The position numbers and the translations under genes were made by a program. Shown one piece after another: positions 62,560-64,000 of a stretch of 64,000 bases of DNA; position 1 is the first letter of the stretch; each line of letters begins with the position of its first letter. Origin of the DNA: an uncultured virus (IMG/VR IMGVR_UViG_3300044733_004146) (lineage: Duplodnaviria > Heunggongvirae > Uroviricota > Caudoviricetes); the IMG/VR virus record IMGVR_UViG_3300044733_004146; one strand, written 5' to 3'. The notes below the pieces were generated by a model. The model was not told the DNA's origin. It worked only from the letters and a program-made list of their open reading frames with translations, and ran no database searches.

Positions 62560-62712
62560 TCAATCCTCTAAAGCCCCATCAGGGGCTTTTTCTTTTGTCC
62601 ATGAATGGTCGCCAGGGATGGGCTCAGTGCCATATTCCCAATCGTCATATTCCTCCCCGTTCCTCAGCCATCGCGCTAAACGCTCACAATCTTGCTCAGG
62701 CGACAGTTTCAT
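62560..62712 (-). CDS. 50-aa hypothetical protein (YDDWEYGTEPIPG)
   Basis: ATG at 62712 with a TAGACT box upstream. The longer ORF-track version runs through a terminator. Confidence 0.6.
   Translation of the reverse strand: MKLSPEQDCERLARWLRNGEEYDDWEYGTEPIPGDHSWTKEKAPDGALED
62570..62592. terminator. Terminator at the convergence point
   Basis: AAAGCCCC-ATCA-GGGGCTTT-TT. Confidence 0.65.
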
Positions 62713-62760
62713 GCCCCGGCCAGCAATGTATAGGCCGAGTCTAGCTGGCTTCGTATAGGC

Positions 62761-62988
62761 AAAAAGAAAGGAGGGCTTTCGCCCTCCTTTCCCTTTGTGT
62801 GGCCTCCGATACGACGGCTCCCATCGAGCCCTCCTCCAGAAGATCAGCAATGGGGACAATGCGCCTCGCAGGGAACCATGATAGACCCTTGGCCGAACCA
62901 TACAGTCTGGCCCGCATTGTCAGTCGCGCTTGTCCTTACGGCCCGCCTTGCGACGGGAGCAGCGATTAAGCCGCCTAAGCCGACCACT
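62761..62988 (-). ncRNA. Candidate free-standing structured ncRNA (~228 nt)
   Basis: TATAGT -10 (62999-62994), multiple stems with GCAA/GUAA/GCGA tetraloops, and an 11-bp terminator with GAAA loop and U-run (62791-62761). Confidence 0.65.
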
Positions 62989-63106
62989 TCCTTACTATAC
63001 ACCCCCATTGGCCGTTTGGTTCACAGGGAGCTTGACAAGCGTGTCACAATAGTCAGAACGCCTGCAGCGATGCTTGCGTTCCTCGCTAGCCACTCTCTCT
63101 GTTTTG

Positions 63107-63457
63107 ATGCTACGTTTCATTTTCCCCCTTCTGCTGCTTGGCAGCGCTCCTGTCCAAGCGGCGGCTTTGTCGTGCGGACAAGCCAGTCACTATGGCATTG
63201 GCGATGGCTATCACGGCCAAACCACTGCCAGCGGCGCTCGCTTCAATGCCTACGGTCTCACTGCTGCCCACCCCTCGCTTCCTATGGGCACCAAAGTGCA
63301 AGTGAAGAATCGTGACAATGGCAAGACCGTAGTGGTGACAATTAATGATCGCGGCCCATACTCTGGCGGACGCATCCTTGATTTGTCCTACGGAAGCTTC
63401 TCTCGCATTGCTTCCCCCGGCCAGGGCGTTGCCCGCATCTGCCTTTCTCGCCTTTAA
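63107..63457 (+). CDS. RlpA-like double-psi beta-barrel lytic transglycosylase with signal peptide
   Basis: ASHYG...TASG..F....LTAAH..LPMGT...INDRGPY..GRILDLS. Confidence 0.9.
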   Translation: MLRFIFPLLLLGSAPVQAAALSCGQASHYGIGDGYHGQTTASGARFNAYGLTAAHPSLPMGTKVQVKNRDNGKTVVVTINDRGPYSGGRILDLSYGSFSRIASPGQGVARICLSRL

Positions 63458-63460
63458 ACC

Positions 63461-63637
63461 ATGAAAGACTTCGCTTCGTTTTTTCTCACCACCATCGTCT
63501 TCTCGGCTGCTGCCATGGCAATCATGAAGGCGCCAGATCCGGCTGCTGATCATCAGGGGCTGGCTAAGTGCCTGAAGCTTCACCCTGAGCGCTACTGCCG
63601 CATTGCTAACGGTTTTCCCGTGAGCATCAAGCCTTAG
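63461..63637 (+). CDS. 58-aa exported/membrane peptide (not in ORF track)
   Basis: Hydrophobic N-terminus and KCLKLHPERYC. Confidence 0.6.
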   Translation: MKDFASFFLTTIVFSAAAMAIMKAPDPAADHQGLAKCLKLHPERYCRIANGFPVSIKP

Positions 63638-63652
63638 TCAAGCTTTCCTGAC

Positions 63653-63688
63653 AGCCCCCTTGACAGGGGGCTTTTCCTCCTTCATACT
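63653..63688 (+). promoter_or_regulatory. Terminator hairpin overlapping a sigma70 promoter
   Basis: AGCCCCCT-TGAC-AGGGGGCT-TTT, with TTGACA (63660-63665), 17 nt spacer, CATACT (63683-63688). Confidence 0.7.
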
Positions 63689-63720
63689 TCCTCTGTTCAC
63701 TGCTGGCGACAGCTCAAACC

Positions 63721-63987
63721 ATGACGCAAACTCCTTTTCTCACCAACACGCAACGTGCCATTTCCCGCATGGTTACGGACACGGTTGGTTTTAAACTTAC
63801 TTCCTACAACACTGCTGATCGTGCCATTGCACGCTCCGTTCTCCTGGAGCACATGGCTAAAGCCCCCGAGCAACTTTCTCCAAAGGAATTTGTAAAAGCA
63901 ATGGAAGGAAAGAAGCATAAGCGCACGAAAGATTTTGTCCGCACGCTTGCTGATGCAATGAAAGACGAAATCTGGCGCACGTTGTAA
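63721..63987 (+). CDS. Hypothetical protein
   Basis: ATG-started ORF after a promoter. Confidence 0.65.
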   Translation: MTQTPFLTNTQRAISRMVTDTVGFKLTSYNTADRAIARSVLLEHMAKAPEQLSPKEFVKAMEGKKHKRTKDFVRTLADAMKDEIWRTL

Positions 63988-64000
63988 TTAATGGGGCAGA

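Noticed and set aside
62713..63106. ORFs 62560..62901 (N-terminal part) and 62797..63315
   Set aside because: The minus-strand ORF crosses a strong terminator, both overlap the structured RNA region, and their translations are not protein-like.

Overview
This window is most of a tailed dsDNA phage genome. The lambda-like tail module (tube, G/GT chaperones, 1523-aa tape measure, NlpC/P60, J-like tip, no sheath) indicates a siphovirus. A cyanobacterial host is likely, given a cyanophage-type class I RNR pair, a CP12-like gene, a glutamine-II riboswitch, a cyanobacterial-type ThyX and a cyanobacterial-type tyrosine recombinase. Gene order: HNH, structured non-coding locus, RNR, RNA island, TerL, portal, a 7-gene sugar/glycosyltransferase cluster, head genes, tail and fibres (with a DUF433/recombinase insert), lysis, nucleotide metabolism and recombination, primase-helicase, small early-type genes. 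The most notable signals are absent from the ORF track: (1) a dnaX-type -1 frameshift in a small head-region gene, whose product fits an R-x-D motif found at domain boundaries of many head proteins; (2) a covarying GNA/GNA hairpin repeated five times at two distant non-coding loci, one just after the primase-helicase; (3) a free-standing, highly structured ~228-nt RNA with its own -10 box and terminator; (4) an RNA island with a D-armless tRNA-like RNA, tRNA-Leu(UAA), a second structured RNA and a riboswitch-controlled peptide, next to a truncated CP12. All family calls are by eye from motifs. No searches were run.
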